From Eledone cirrhosa (taxonomy: Eukaryota), in assembly GCA_964016885.1 (NCBI GenBank), contig OZ024743.1, forward strand, positions 271,684,001-271,748,000: a stretch of DNA of 64,000 nucleotides, written 5' to 3'. Positions 1 to 12,326 of the stretch are shown piece after piece. A program made the translations under genes and the position numbers. How positions within the stretch are numbered: the first letter of the stretch is position 1; each line of letters begins with the position of its first letter. The notes under the pieces were generated by a model that was not told the DNA's origin, did not search any database, and worked only from the letters and a program-made list of their open reading frames with translations.

Positions 1-43
1 CATCCTGCGAAGAATACATCTTAACAGTTACATGGACGTGACA
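1..43 (-). CDS. Host gene exon, partial (runs off window)
   Basis: TAG acceptor at 44-46, phase 0; CHVHVTVKMYSSQD...; 94-bp intron. Confidence 0.5.
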
Positions 44-137
44 CTATTTGCTACAAACTATTTTCTTTAAACAATAAACTCTGGCCCAATAAGCCTCCAG
101 GCTTGGAACAAAATTTAACCATTAAAAAGATATATAC

Positions 138-262
138 CTTAACATCTTTGTTTGATTTCTTTTCTTGTCTGTTTTCATCATAAACTTGTGGAGTGAAGAG
201 AGCAAGTTTCAGTGGCAGTGAATCAGGTGTATTTCTCTTTGTGATTCTTTGGTTTGTTCTTT
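138..262 (-). CDS. Host gene exon
   Basis: ttccag acceptor, AAG|GTATAT donor, phase 1-0; (E)RTNQRITKRNTPDSLPLKLALFTPQVYDENRQEKKSNKDVK. Confidence 0.7.
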
Positions 263-465
263 CTGGAAAGAATTACATAAAACAGAAAGTTTAAGTTCAT
301 GGAATTTATTAGAGTTAATTTTCAAAATGTTCTTTTCTTTATTCTTACTGAAATTTTCATTTTTATTTTCAGTTGTTTTTAGATAAATAATTAGGTTAAG
401 AGGTATATGTGTAGGTAGATAAGTATGGTCACAAAAAGGTTAAATAAAAAAAAAAATAGTCATAC

Positions 466-934
466 CGCCTTTGCTCACAACAAGAAACAGTTTTAAATTA
501 TCCACTTGATTGTCGACAACAATATGTAATCTGTCCCCATGATGGTCTATGTTGATTCCTGTTCTTTTGATAACCTTTTGTGGCCCCTTGTCTCCATCAA
601 GAGAAGAGTAATAGAAATGATAATTATTCTTTGTAGGGTTTTCATTTATCTTGCCCCACACTGCAACAGAATTCACAGACTGTATTTCCACAAGTAACAG
701 TCCACTTTTTTTTATTGGTACTGTGAAAGAATATTCTCCAGATTTTCCTGGTAGAAAGTTTACTACTGGCTTTGATTTCAGGCTTTTACAGTTTAAGGTC
801 AGTGGAAAATTCAGGTCGCTGTCATCAATCTCAATTGGGTTGGTATTGCTATCAAACATACTTATTAAAACACTTGAAGAAAGTAGGACGTCTTCTAAAT
901 CAGCATACTTGATTTCTTCTTCGTAGCCGAAAAA
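466..934 (-). CDS. Host gene exon: beta-rich region resembling the PKD1-like/REJ GAIN domain
   Basis: CAG acceptor, G|GTATGA donor, phase 0-1; FFGYEEEIKY...SSSVLISMFDSNTNPIEI...VAVWGKINENPTKNNYHF..., reminiscent from memory of the 'VYxxxxxxPTxxxYD' segment of PKD1L proteins. Confidence 0.75.
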
Positions 935-1119
935 CTGTTAATTGTGTTGGGATAAAAGAGAGAGAAAAGAAAGGATTAAAGTGAAATAAAGTGTGTAGGG
1001 ATCAGTTGTTTATGTTAATGAATATTTGTTAAGTACACAGAACCCTAACTATGAAGCAATGTTTCATACATGGCATGGATCTACAGATACATATACATAT
1101 ACACATATCCATATAAAGG

Positions 1120-1432
1120 TTAAGACCCCTTTCGGTCACAAATGACCAGGGTATTTGCACCTAGAAATAACCCCTCTGAGGCACAACTCTGGGCAAAATT
1201 ATTTGTGGAAGACTAGTAGTCTCCCATGAATACCAGTCACCCTTCTCCTTGCTACTGAAGTTGTCCAGCTTGGCACCAGTGACATCACAACTCATTTCTG
1301 CAGGTAAGTAAACTGGAACAATGTGAAATAAAATGTTTTATTCAAGGACACAACACATCACCTAGGCTAGGAATCAAACTCACGACCTCATGATTGTGAA
1401 TCTAATTCTGTAACCACTAAACCGTGTGCCTT
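1120..1432 (-). mobile_element. tRNA-derived SINE, family 2 (Meta/MESC-like core)
   Basis: Minus strand GGCACACGGTTTAGTGGTTA head, GAGTTTGATTCC B-box-like, core GTGTCCTTGAATAAAACATTTTATTTCACATTGTTCCAG shared with 15803-16135 and 26735-27052. Confidence 0.65.
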
Positions 1433-1508
1433 CACACATACATACATATATATATACATATATATACATGTGTGTGCGTGTAAGTTTGTGTGTATGTATG
1501 TGTGTATG

Positions 1509-1550
<42 letters not shown>

Positions 1551-1990
1551 ATGTAACTGTGTATGTGTATATATATATATTCACATGCACAAAAATGCAC
1601 ATATATGAACATACTCATATACATACATATTTCATTTGATTGGTGACACATCTGGAATAGACTTGAGAAATGAGACTAAACCGTATATATCAAAAGGAAA
1701 AGAGACAATTGTTTCCATTGTGATATAAAGTATTTTGATCAAGAACACAACATGCCATCCAGTCCATATGTTTGTGAGTTCAACATCCTAACTAGTAAAT
1801 CACATGCCTTCGCAATATCCTATATACACATATATATATTAATAATAATAATAGTAATAATTGCTTCTACTTTTGGCACAAGGCCAGCAATTACCCAGTA
1901 CATTACTGGTACTTTATTTTATCGACCCCGTAAGGATGAAAGGCAAAGTTGACCTCGTAATTTCTATATATGTGTGATATATATATATAT

Positions 1991-2112
1991 ATATCATTGT
2001 TTCCAAAGAAGGCGGTCTGATCAAACCTATATATGAAGTCTGATAGTATACAGTTATATCAGTCAATATGTCAATATGATCAACCCTCCGAAACGGTCGT
2101 AAAGCAATGATA
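1991..2112 (+). ncRNA. Degenerate type-I hammerhead-like motif in a Penelope pLTR fragment between (TA)n
   Basis: Stem I TATCATTG/CAATGATA, long stem II, GAAAC-GGTC-GTA; core decayed to CCAAAGA. Confidence 0.4.
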
Positions 2113-2522
2113 TGAATAGGAAAATAACTCGACTTTGTTGTTATTATTTCCATTGTTAAATTAATACCTAATATATATATATATATATATATAATAAAAG
2201 GACGATTTATGTCTTCATTATGTTTATTCAGTAGTGATGTGCGTTTTGCTATTGATCAGCTCAAGTTTCTATCTGCATCGATCTGGCCCGACTCTGGAAT
2301 CAAAAGCTCGTCGGACCTCAACAGTATTTTTGCTATAGAAACATGCAAACTTATCTATTTGTCTCATTCATACAACAGCAGAAATCTGTAAGTTGATGGA
2401 ATTGATCATAGTGTGATATTTACTGCATGTCATATAGTGCAGTATAGTGCAGTATGATGCAGTAACCTTGCAAATGCATCTAGTATACTCTATAAGTGTA
2501 TATGTATGTATATATGTATATG

Positions 2523-2559
<37 letters not shown>

Positions 2560-2977
2560 TCATTATCGACATCATTGTTAAACATCTGTTGTCTCTGAAA
2601 GCAAGGGTTGGACATGTTATCACTGACCAGTCAGTGTCTCAAGCTGAGTCTCTGACCTCCATGTTGGCTAGTGGCCTGACATAAAATCCCACGCACTATC
2701 AAATACATTTTATGGCTCCGACACTTGGGGAGTTTTCATGTCTTTGGCATAGCTAAAATATCTTCCCAACTCTTTATTTGGTAGGTTTTCTATGGCTGAA
2801 TGCCCTTCCTATCACTGACACCACTTTACATAATGTACTGGGTGGGCATTTATCGTGTAGATCACCTCCTAATCCTATGTCTGGCATGTGGATATTTATG
2901 TATATAAGCGTCTTTCTTTTTTTAATTATTCATTCTGTCTTTCTTTTATTTGTTCCTTTCAAAAACATTTCCATTAC

Positions 2978-3187
2978 CGTAATAGTTGCTGATGGGTGAG
3001 TTTCACGCATTTCTTCAGTTATATTCACACTCCCAAACTCAGTCTCCAAAGCAAATGAGTCAAAATCCTTTCCATCTGACGTTCTGCCCCTGATATCCAC
3101 ACCTTTTATCGACTTCTTGAACACAGTATCAGGGTTATTCAACTCCACTAATTTGGTGCTTGTCTTCACAATCGAAGAGGTTATAGT
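2978..3187 (-). CDS. Host gene exon (GAIN-like region start)
   Basis: Donor ACG|GTAATG phase 0; acceptor either GAG (exon starts 3187) or AAG (exon starts 3163), both phase 0; TITSSIVKTSTKLVELNNPDTVFKKSIKGVDIRGRTSDGKDFDSFALETEFGSVNITEEMRETHPSATIT. Confidence 0.7.
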
Positions 3188-3282
3188 CTCATGAAAAAGA
3201 AAAAGGTAGGAAATATAGCAAGTTGGATACAAAAAAAATAATATTTTGTTTGTAGTTGTTTTTTTTTTATGATATCATTTTA

Positions 3283-3487
3283 TTGGCAGTAGAGCGTTGG
3301 ACACCATGCTTTGCAGCATAGAGTTACAGCCCTTTATGTTCTGAGTTCAAATCCTGCCGATGTTAGTTTTGCCTTTCATCCTTACGGGGTTGATAAAATA
3401 AAATACCAGTAATGCACTGTGGTCGATTTAATTGACTTTCCCCTCCCTCAAAATTGTTGGCCTTGTGCCTATAGTAGAAATCATTAT
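3283..3487 (+). mobile_element. tRNA-derived SINE, family 1 (Nin-domain-like)
   Basis: TGGCAGTAG head, GAGTTCAAATCC B box, core GCCTTTCATCCTTACGGGGTTGATAAAATAAAATACCAG, tail GGCCTTGTGCCTATAGTAGAAA; more than 15 copies/fragments in window. Confidence 0.75.
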
Positions 3488-4247
3488 TTTAGTGTGCAAT
3501 CCTAGAATATTGCTTTGCTATTGGCTTGATATTGAGTTGATGTTAGATCAAGATCCTAATAAATTATTAACTCAATATCCTAATGAATTTTCCACTGTTC
3601 AAATCTGATTGACATAGACATGTTTCTAGTCAACACTGTATTCAGGGCTGGTGCTACCATTGAGGCCTATTAGGGTGCAAACTATAGAGGGATACATTAC
3701 TGAACTTTAAAGTTTTATATGAATTTGTATAATTAAATTAAATACATAATTTCTCGTGATCAATAAATAAATTGCTTTTGAATCCCAGCACGGTCAAATT
3801 TGCCTTTCATCTTTCCATGGTCGATAAAATAAAGTACACATCAAATACAAGGGGTTAATTTAAGCAAATTTGCCTTTCCCTAAATGTTGCTAGCCTTGTG
3901 CCTAAATAAATTGCTTAACATCTTTGCTGTTAGGAATGTCTGTGTTTGTTTATGTCCTGTAACCTAGAAGTTCAACAAAAAGAGATAGATAAAATAAGTA
4001 CCAGATTTGAAAAAATATAAGTACTATGAAAAACTCACCCAATTTAAAGAGTTCCCATTTAAACTTTTTATTGTCATATTTCTAATGAAAAACACTGTCT
4101 ATAATTTCAAATCATTTTGAATATAATTAAGAATTTGGATAGATTTAGTAATATAACTAACTTTCTCACTATTGTGTTAGAGTTTGGAACATAACTTAAC
4201 AAAGATCCTTACATAAAATTAAGACAGAAAGGCTTTAAACACTTTAA

Positions 4248-4450
4248 CCCTTTAATATTTACACTATTCTATATTACTATTATATTTTCATAGTAAAGGC
4301 TTTAACTCACATAATTATTGTACATAATATCAAATCTATGAGGTTTGCATATTATTTATTTCGAGAACAATACCTTAACATTGGCATTGGTTTGAACTGA
4401 AAGAGGTGAGAGAATTCTGGCTGGATATGACCCGTTTAAATGCTAAAGGG
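4248..4450. mobile_element. piggyBac-type non-autonomous MITE
   Basis: TTAA|CCCTTTA...TAAAGGG|TTAA ends; related copy in opposite orientation at 31175-31395. Confidence 0.7.
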
Positions 4451-4947
4451 TTAAAGCAAACAGTTTTGTATCATAGCACCAGGAGTGGTTTCAAATAGTT
4501 TGGTATTAAAAGGATTATATTAAAATCATTCAACATAATTTTATATAAACCTTTTGTTACAAATACCATCTTAATAATGAAATAATTAGATTGTTTTGAA
4601 AAAGCTGGTACAACGTGTCTCATTAAATATGAAATACAGGGTAAAAGTGCTAACTGTTGTTTTGTTTGTCTTATTTTGTTTCTGATAGGAGGCCAAGGAT
4701 GCAGAATTTTAACTCAGAACGTTCGATGGACAAAAGCGAAGGTCACCAACTCATTGATGAAAATCTAACTATCAAAACAGAGTGTAGTTTTCAGCTATAT
4801 AAGGTTACGTGGGAAAGTCGACAAATGAGAAGAAAGCGGATTTGAATCTGTCCATATATCATCGTTTTTACATGTTTTTCCATGCTTGCATGAGTTGGAT
4901 ATATTTTAATCATTATCCCTATAAATGTACATGCTCTGTATAGGAAT

Positions 4948-4984
<37 letters not shown>

Positions 4985-5712
4985 TGTGTGTATTAGGGAC
5001 AGGAAGTATACCAGTTTGCCTGCACATTCCAGTCTTTCTCAATACATCTAATAGAGCAGCATTTCAGCAACTATTATCACCAGGTATTTCACCAGCATTA
5101 CAACACTTTTTGTTTTCAGTCCCTTATTTCTAATTTGCTTTCCCACAACAAGATGGTAGGGAAAAAAATTAATGCTTTTCAAATTCAGTGCCTAAGAATC
5201 ATACTTAACATCAGTAGAACATACCATGTCACCAATTAATATGTATACATATAGCTATTGGGACACTGCATCCTTCAAAACTTCCATGCTTCCCGAAATT
5301 CACCAACACTACACTTGATATTTCCCCTCCATTCACACACACGCATGTAGCTGTGTGTATATCATGACTCATCCACTTTCCTGACATTTGTACATTATTC
5401 TACGTACTATACACGCACCTTTGATGAGTTGTAGTGCACCTGAGCACTGTACACAATAATTTTCATTATATTTTTTTCATGACATCTGATTCAAAGAGAG
5501 TGAAATATGTGAAGCTGCCAGAGACAGAAGCACAAGGAGACCTGTTGCTGAGGCCATCTCCTGTATCTCTACACCTGAATGAGATGGAGCTGACTTAGTA
5601 TATACATATAAACTATAATGAAATAATTAATAATTTTAATAAATCTTTTTGAATTCTACTTTCCTAAATTTATTTGTGACAATATTTCATTAGAAATATT
5701 GTCACAAATGAG

Positions 5713-6415
5713 TTAAACAACAAAGACAACAACAACAACAACAACAAAAACAAAAGAAACAAGAAAAACAACTACACTAACAACAATGACATTAGCAACA
5801 GCAGTAGCAGTAACAACTGCAGCAGCAGTGGCAACTACAGCAACAATAACAATGTCAAGAGCAACAGTAACAACAAAGGCAGCAGCTGTAGCAACATCAG
5901 CAACATGAACAAGAGCAATGATAACAGCAACAACAACAAAAACAACAACAGTAGCATCAACAGCAACAATGGCAGTAGCAACAATGACAACAAGAGCCGC
6001 AACAACAACAAGAGCAACAACAACAAGAGCAGCAGCAACAGTCACATTGATAACAAGTACAAAACCAACAACAATAACAGCAATGACAACAACAACAACA
6101 ACAAGATCAACAACAACAAGAACAGCAATGACAACAACAACAATAGCAGCAGAAGCCACAGCTACAACAACAACAGCAGCAGCAACAGTCACATTGATAA
6201 CAAGTACAAAACCAACAACAATAACAGCAATGACAACAACAACAACAACAAGATCAACAACAACAAGAACAGCAATGACAACAACAACAATAGTAGCAGA
6301 AGCCACAGCTACAACAACAACAGCAGCAGCAACAGTCACATTGATAACAAGTACAAAACCAACAACAATACCAGCAACAACAGCACCACCAACACCACCA
6401 CCATCAACAGCAACA
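5713..6415. repeat. ACA/GCA-rich low-complexity repeat with ~3 copies of a 144-bp higher-order unit
   Basis: Unit anchored by GTCACATTGATAACAAGTACAAAACC recurs at ~6041, ~6188, ~6335. Confidence 0.8.
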
Positions 6416-6443
6416 GATGGGATTATAGACTCTGCAAACTTAC

Positions 6444-6487
6444 CTGTGTTGATGACTTTAACAACAACTGGTCGACTTTTGAAAGAG
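6444..6487 (-). CDS. Host gene 44-bp exon wedged between two tandem repeats
   Basis: ttcttctccag acceptor, CAG|GTAAGT donor, phase 1-0 exactly bridges the flanking exons; (A)LSKVDQLLLKSSTQ. Confidence 0.75.
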
Positions 6488-7505
6488 CTGGAGAAGAATG
6501 AGATATGAGATGATACAGATCTGGAGAAGAATAAGATATGAAATGATATTCTTCCCTAAATCTGTATCATCTCATTATATTCTTCTCTAGATCTGCAAGG
6601 TATGAGATGATAAAAATCTGGATAAGAAAACTATATGAGATGATACAGATCTGGAGAAGAAAACTATATGAGATGATACAGATTTGGAGAAGAAAACGAT
6701 GTGAGGTGACACAGATCTGGAGAAGAAAACGATGTGAGATGATACAGATGTGGGGAAGAAAACTATATGAGATGATACAGATGTGAAGAAGAAAACAATG
6801 TAAGATGATACAGATCTGGAGAAGAAAACTATATGAGATGATACAGATGTGGAGAAGAAAACAATGTGAGATGATACAGATCTGGAGAAGAAAAAAAATG
6901 TGAGATGATACAGATCTGGAGAAGAAAAATACCTGAGATGATACAAATCTGGAGAAGAAAACGATGTGAGATGATACAGATCTGGAGAAGAAAAGTATAT
7001 TAGATGATACAGTTCTGGAGAAGAAAACTGCATGAGATGATACAGATCTGGAGGAGAAAACTATATGAGATGATAGAGATGTGGAGAAGAAAATTACATG
7101 AGATGATGCAGATATGTATAAGAAAAATACATGAGATGATGCAGATCTGGAGAAGAAAAATACATGAGACGATACAGATCTGGAGAAGAAAACGATGTGA
7201 GATGATACAGATCTGGAGAAGAAAAGTATATTTAGATTATACAGATGTGGAGAAGAAAACTGCTGAGATGATACAGATCTGGAGAAGAAAACTATATGAG
7301 ATGATAGAGATGTGAAGAAGAAAACTATATGAGATGTTACAGATCTGGAGAATAAAACTATATGAGATGATACAGATCTGGAGAAGAAAACTGCATGAGA
7401 TGATACAGATCTGGAGAATAAAACTATATGAGATGATACAGATCTGGACAATAAAACTATATGAGATGATACAGATGTGGAGAAGAAAACTGCATGAGAT
7501 GATAA
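6488..7505. repeat. 30-31-bp minisatellite (GAGATGATACAGATCTGGAGAAGAAAACTATAT-like), ~30 copies
   Basis: Directly visible tandem array abutting the acceptor of exon 6444-6487. Confidence 0.9.
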
Positions 7506-7695
7506 ATGAAAGAACAACAATAATAACATCATGATACAGTGAATTGGCAGTCATTAGAATGTCAGAGAGAATATTTTGCAGTATTTGTTTCATTTCTCGA
7601 CATTCTGAGTTCAAATCTTACCAAATTCAATTTTGCTTTTCCTCCTTTCAAGGTCGATAAAAAAGTACCAGTCTAGTACTGGGTTGATTCTTCCC

Positions 7696-7793
<98 letters not shown>

Positions 7794-7854
7794 CTGTGGA
7801 AGAAATCTACCAGAACAGGGATGGGCTCCACTAAATTTAAATGTTCAAGACATG

Positions 7855-9560
7855 CTAAGCACCACTACAGCACCACTACAGCACCACTACAGCACCACTA
7901 CAACACCACTACAACACCACTACAGCACCACTACAACACCACTACAGCACCACTACAGCACCACTACAGCACCACTACAACACCACTACAGCACCACTAC
8001 AGCATCACTACAGCACCACTACAACACCACTACAGCACCACTACAACACCACTACAGCACCACTACAGCACCACTACAGCACCACTACAGCACCACTACA
8101 GCACTACTACGGCATCACTGCAGCACCACTACAACACCACTACAGCACCACTACAACACCACTACTGCACCACTACGGCACCACTACAGCACCACTACAA
8201 CACCATTACAGCACCACTACAACACCACTACAGCATCACTGCAGCACCACTACAACACCACTACAGCACCACTACAGCATCATTGCAGCACCACTACAAC
8301 ACCACTACAGCACCACTACAACACCACTACAGCATCACTGCAGCACCACTACAGCAGTACTACGGCACCACTACAACACCACTACAGCATCACTATGGCA
8401 CCACTACAACACCACTACAGCACCACTACAGCACCACTACAGCACTACTACGGCACCACTACAACACCACTGCAGCACCACTACAACACTACTACGGTAC
8501 CACTACAACACCACTACAGCACCACTACAACACTACTACGGCACCACTACAGCACCACTACAGCACCACTACAACACCACTACAACACCACTACAGCACC
8601 ACTACAGCACTACTACGGCACCACTACAGCACCACAACAACACCACTACAAGACCACTACAGCACCACTACAACACCACTACAGCATCACTGCAGCACCA
8701 CTACAACACCATTACAGCACCACTACAACACCACTACAGCATCACTGCAGCACCACTACAACACCACTACAGCACCACTACAGCATCATTGCAGCACCAC
8801 TACAACACCACTACAGCACCACTACAACACCACTACAGCACCACTATAGCACCACTACAGAACCACTACAGCACCACTACAGCACCACTACAACACCACT
8901 ACAGCACCACTATGGCACCACTACAGCACCACTATAGCACCACTACAGAACCACTACAGCACCACTACAGCACCACTACAACACCACTACAGCACCACTA
9001 TGGCACCACTACAGCACCACTATAGCACCACTACAGAACCACTACAGCACCACTACAGCACCACTACAACACCACTACAGCACCACTATGGCACCACTAC
9101 AGCACCACTATAGCACCACTACAGAACCACTACAGCACCACTACAGCACCACTACAACACCACTACAGCACCACTATGGCACCACTACAGCACCACTATA
9201 GCACCACTACAGAACCACTACAGCACCACTACAGCACCACTACAACACCACTACAGCACCACTATGGCACCACTACAGCACCACTATAGCACCACTACAG
9301 AACCACTACAGCACCACTACAGCACCACTACAACACCACTACAGCACCACTATGGCACCACTACAGCACCACTATAGCACCACTACAGAACCACTACAGC
9401 ACCACTACAGCACCACTACAGAACCACTACAGCACCACTACAGCACCACTACAACACCACTATGGCACCCCTAAGCACTCCTTTGACACCATTACAGCAG
9501 CATTATGGTACCACTACAGTACCACTATGACATCCCTATGGCATCACCATGGCACCACTA
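7855..9560. repeat. 11-bp satellite (CACCACTACAG/A)n with a homogenised higher-order unit at its 3' end
   Basis: Directly visible; all three frames give the same TTTAPLQHHYS repeat, as expected of an 11-mer. Confidence 0.9.
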
Positions 9561-9804
9561 CACCTCAATGAAATCTTAAGGGCAAATAATCTGGGTGGGG
9601 TGTGCTGTTACCAGTAATACAAGGATGATGCCAATGGTGATGATGACAAAGAAGAAGGAGGAGGATGATGATGATGAAGAGGAGGGGGAGGAGGAAGAAG
9701 AAGAAGAAGTTCCATATCTGTAATGTTTATACATCACAATGAAATCTTTGTCATCTTTAATTCATAACGTCCTGTACCACATGAAACTGTACTAGTAAAA
9801 TCAT

Positions 9805-10075
9805 CATCATCATCATCATCATTTTATCTCCAATTTTCCTTGCTTGCAAGAGCAGGATGGGTCCTCTTCAGCACAGCACCTCTCCATTCATCACGGTCCT
9901 TCGTCATCTTCTCTGTGAGCTTCAGCAATCTGAGGTCAGCTCGCACCACCTCTGCCCATGTTTTTTGTGGTCTTCCTCTAGTGCATCTTCCTTCCACTGG
10001 GATTTCTTGGCACCCAGCAGTCATCTTCCTGTGCATCCCATTGCCATACCAATGCAGTCTTCTCTTCTGCACACT
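9805..10075 (-). mobile_element. RTE LINE 3' fragment
   Basis: RRLHWYG...RGRPQKTW...DRDEWR motif plus (GAT)n tail. Confidence 0.75.
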
Positions 10076-10297
10076 ACAGTTTATTTCTCTTATACAGTTT
10101 CACTTGAAAATTAAAAAGCAGTGCTATGATTGCATCAGATTGAAAATGAAATTTTTACACTAATTCTTTAAATTTTCACAATAATCTGTCCACTAATGAA
10201 AACACTATAAATATTTGAATTAACAAACTGCATGTAACCCGTTAATAAGACATTCTTGTTATGTACAAACCAGCACTATGATTGCAACGCATTAATT

Positions 10298-10508
10298 CTT
10301 TCTACTATAAGTACAAGGCCAGCAATTTGGGGAGGGAGGAAAGTCGATTAAATCGACCCCAATGCTTCACTGGTGCTTTATTTTATCAACCCTGTAAGGA
10401 TGAAAAGCAAAGTTGACCTCGGCGGGATTTGAACTCAGAATGGAAAGGGCCGTAATTCTATGCGTCAAAGCATGACGTCCGACCCTCTACCGATACTGCC
10501 AATCCACC
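10298..10508 (-). mobile_element. tRNA-derived SINE family 1, full length
   Basis: Same head/core/tail as 43215-43397. Confidence 0.75.
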
Positions 10509-10525
10509 AAGAGTTAAATAATCAC

Positions 10526-10610
10526 CTTCCAAGATACTCTTATACTCCTCTTCTGTATGTTGTCCTTCCAGAATAACATCAGTCATGTTGGTAAATGATT
10601 CTGTCACCTC
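10526..10610 (-). CDS. Host gene exon (helical region)
   Basis: CAG acceptor, AAG|GTGATT donor, phase 0-1; EVTESFTNMTDVILEGQHTEEEYKSILE. Confidence 0.7.
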
Positions 10611-10859
10611 CTGTTATAGAGAACAGAGAAACATTTCTTATAACTATTATGGTAGAGTATAATGGTTATGTGAACAAATTACACACACACACACACACAC
10701 ACACATACACACACACAAAGAAATGTATGTATGTATGTTCTTCTGGTTTTATAATTTCACAAACTTTTGCCAATAGAGAGAGGGTCAGTTTCTAACATAG
10801 ACACAAGACTTTCTCATTGGTATTTACACATCAACTAGGTAGATATGTATGTATGTCTG

Positions 10860-11690
10860 CATGCATGTGCATGTAGATATGGATGTTATTGTATGTGTGG
10901 ATGTGTATGTTTTGAGTTATATGTGTGCTTTGTATCTGTACAAGTGTATATGGAGTTATTAGATGCAGAATTTTTGGAATGTTTTACATATTTTTACTGT
11001 TCATTAATGGATTGTAATTTCCTAACTAGTTGTGTTCTTTCTGTTTCTGTGAAGAACAACTTCTCAAGATTTGTATTGAGGTAGTTACTAAAATATCCCA
11101 GTACCCCAATAATCACAGGCATAAATCTGAAGGTATTGTCAGGGTGGAGTATCTGCAGATTTCTCAGTTCTGCATAAATATTCTCCATTTCGCTAATTTT
11201 TGATATTATATTGGCATCTGCTGGGCAGTTAACTTCCACTACTGTGCATGCCTTCTTTTCCCTGTTCCATATCATAATATCTGGTCTGTTATGCCTGCAT
11301 TTTATTGGGTTTTTACTGGAACATTCCACCAGTACTCTTTCATATTATGTATATGTATGTCTTCCACATTGCTGTAGCTTTTAATGTGTTTATTATTTGG
11401 GGTTCAATTGCTGGCCTTGTGCCAAATGTAGAAACAATTATTTGGGGTTATCTTTTCTACGGATTGCATTGTACAGTGTTTTGGCCACTACATCATGCCT
11501 CATAGGTAGATAGTACCGCAATGACATCTTTGGACAGCTGCTTATGACATGGGTGACATTTTCGATGTTAATTCTGCACATGTTATCACATCTAGGTGTT
11601 TTGCCTGCATCCCTATCTCTTTTGTGAATCAAGTATTTCGTGGTGATTTCCTGTTCTTGGATTGCAAAAGCGTATCCTTCAAAGTGTCAG
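10860..11690 (-). mobile_element. Non-LTR retrotransposon fragment with restriction-like endonuclease (R4/Dong-like)
   Basis: C..ENVTHVISSC CCHC remnant, RHD, RPDI..EV motif and IIGVLG in ORFs 11438-11632 and 10994-11329; interrupted by a SINE tail at 11405-11436. Confidence 0.75.
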
Positions 11691-11965
11691 GTCACCAGTT
11701 GGTGGTACTGGTAACATGTATCCCAGTACAACCTGTCTCATGGTCGGGTCGTTGGCGACTAAACTGGCAACCCCACCAAGGTTTCTTGGTGAGGAGGGTG
11801 ACTTTGGACATCCTGCAGGACTAAAAACAAAACCTGTCAAAGGGCAAAGGAGCTCTTAAGAGTCAATGGCCATCCAAAATCACCGGGAGAGATGACCCCT
11901 TAGCCTTTGTCAAGGCAGAATTCTAGGAGAAGGAAAACTCTGATATAACACCTGCAACCCTGATG
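11690..11965 (+). mobile_element. RTE/BovB-like 5'-UTR fragment
   Basis: Contains GGAGAAGGAAAACTCTGA; diverged second copy at ~27255-27520. Confidence 0.45.
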
Positions 11966-12292
11966 GTATCCAATGATGTTGACTTGTTCTTCTTTTTGGT
12001 AAATATCATCTTGGTTAAGAGAGTGGGACTGGCTTTGTGCAGTGCCTTTGCTCACTATAAAAGCTTCACGGCACAGGCATTGCTTTATATCTGGAGATTT
12101 CTCTGCACTTGTCGTCACATGGTACCATGGGCCCAGCACTATGTATCAATAATTGTCACAAGTGTAGTGTTTGTACCAGAGTTTTCAAGTCGCTGGCTGG
12201 ACTAAAAAGTCACACTCGTTCAGCACATCGGTAGGGGTTCTCCTACATGGATATAAAGTAGTGGCCGTACTCGAAAACGAGTTGGCAGCCAC

Positions 12293-12326
<34 letters not shown>

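Noticed and set aside
5012-5130. Possible host exon
   Set aside because: Stops in usable frames; looks like a decayed LINE RT fragment
5713-6508. Thr-rich, Asn-rich, Val-rich and Leu-rich ORFs
   Set aside because: Open in several frames on both strands because of the ACA/GCA repeat; intronic to the minus-strand gene, with no splice context
6488-7505. CRISPR-like regular repeats (also 30710-31050, 32250-32580)
   Set aside because: No unique spacers, eukaryotic context, no cas genes
6567-7614. ORFs of 100-320 aa with SSHIVFFSR/IQIWRRK repeats
   Set aside because: Translation of the minisatellite
7633-9025. 434-aa and 342-aa His/Thr-rich ORFs
   Set aside because: An 11-bp period gives the same peptide in all frames; the ORF starts inside a SINE and a (CT)n tract
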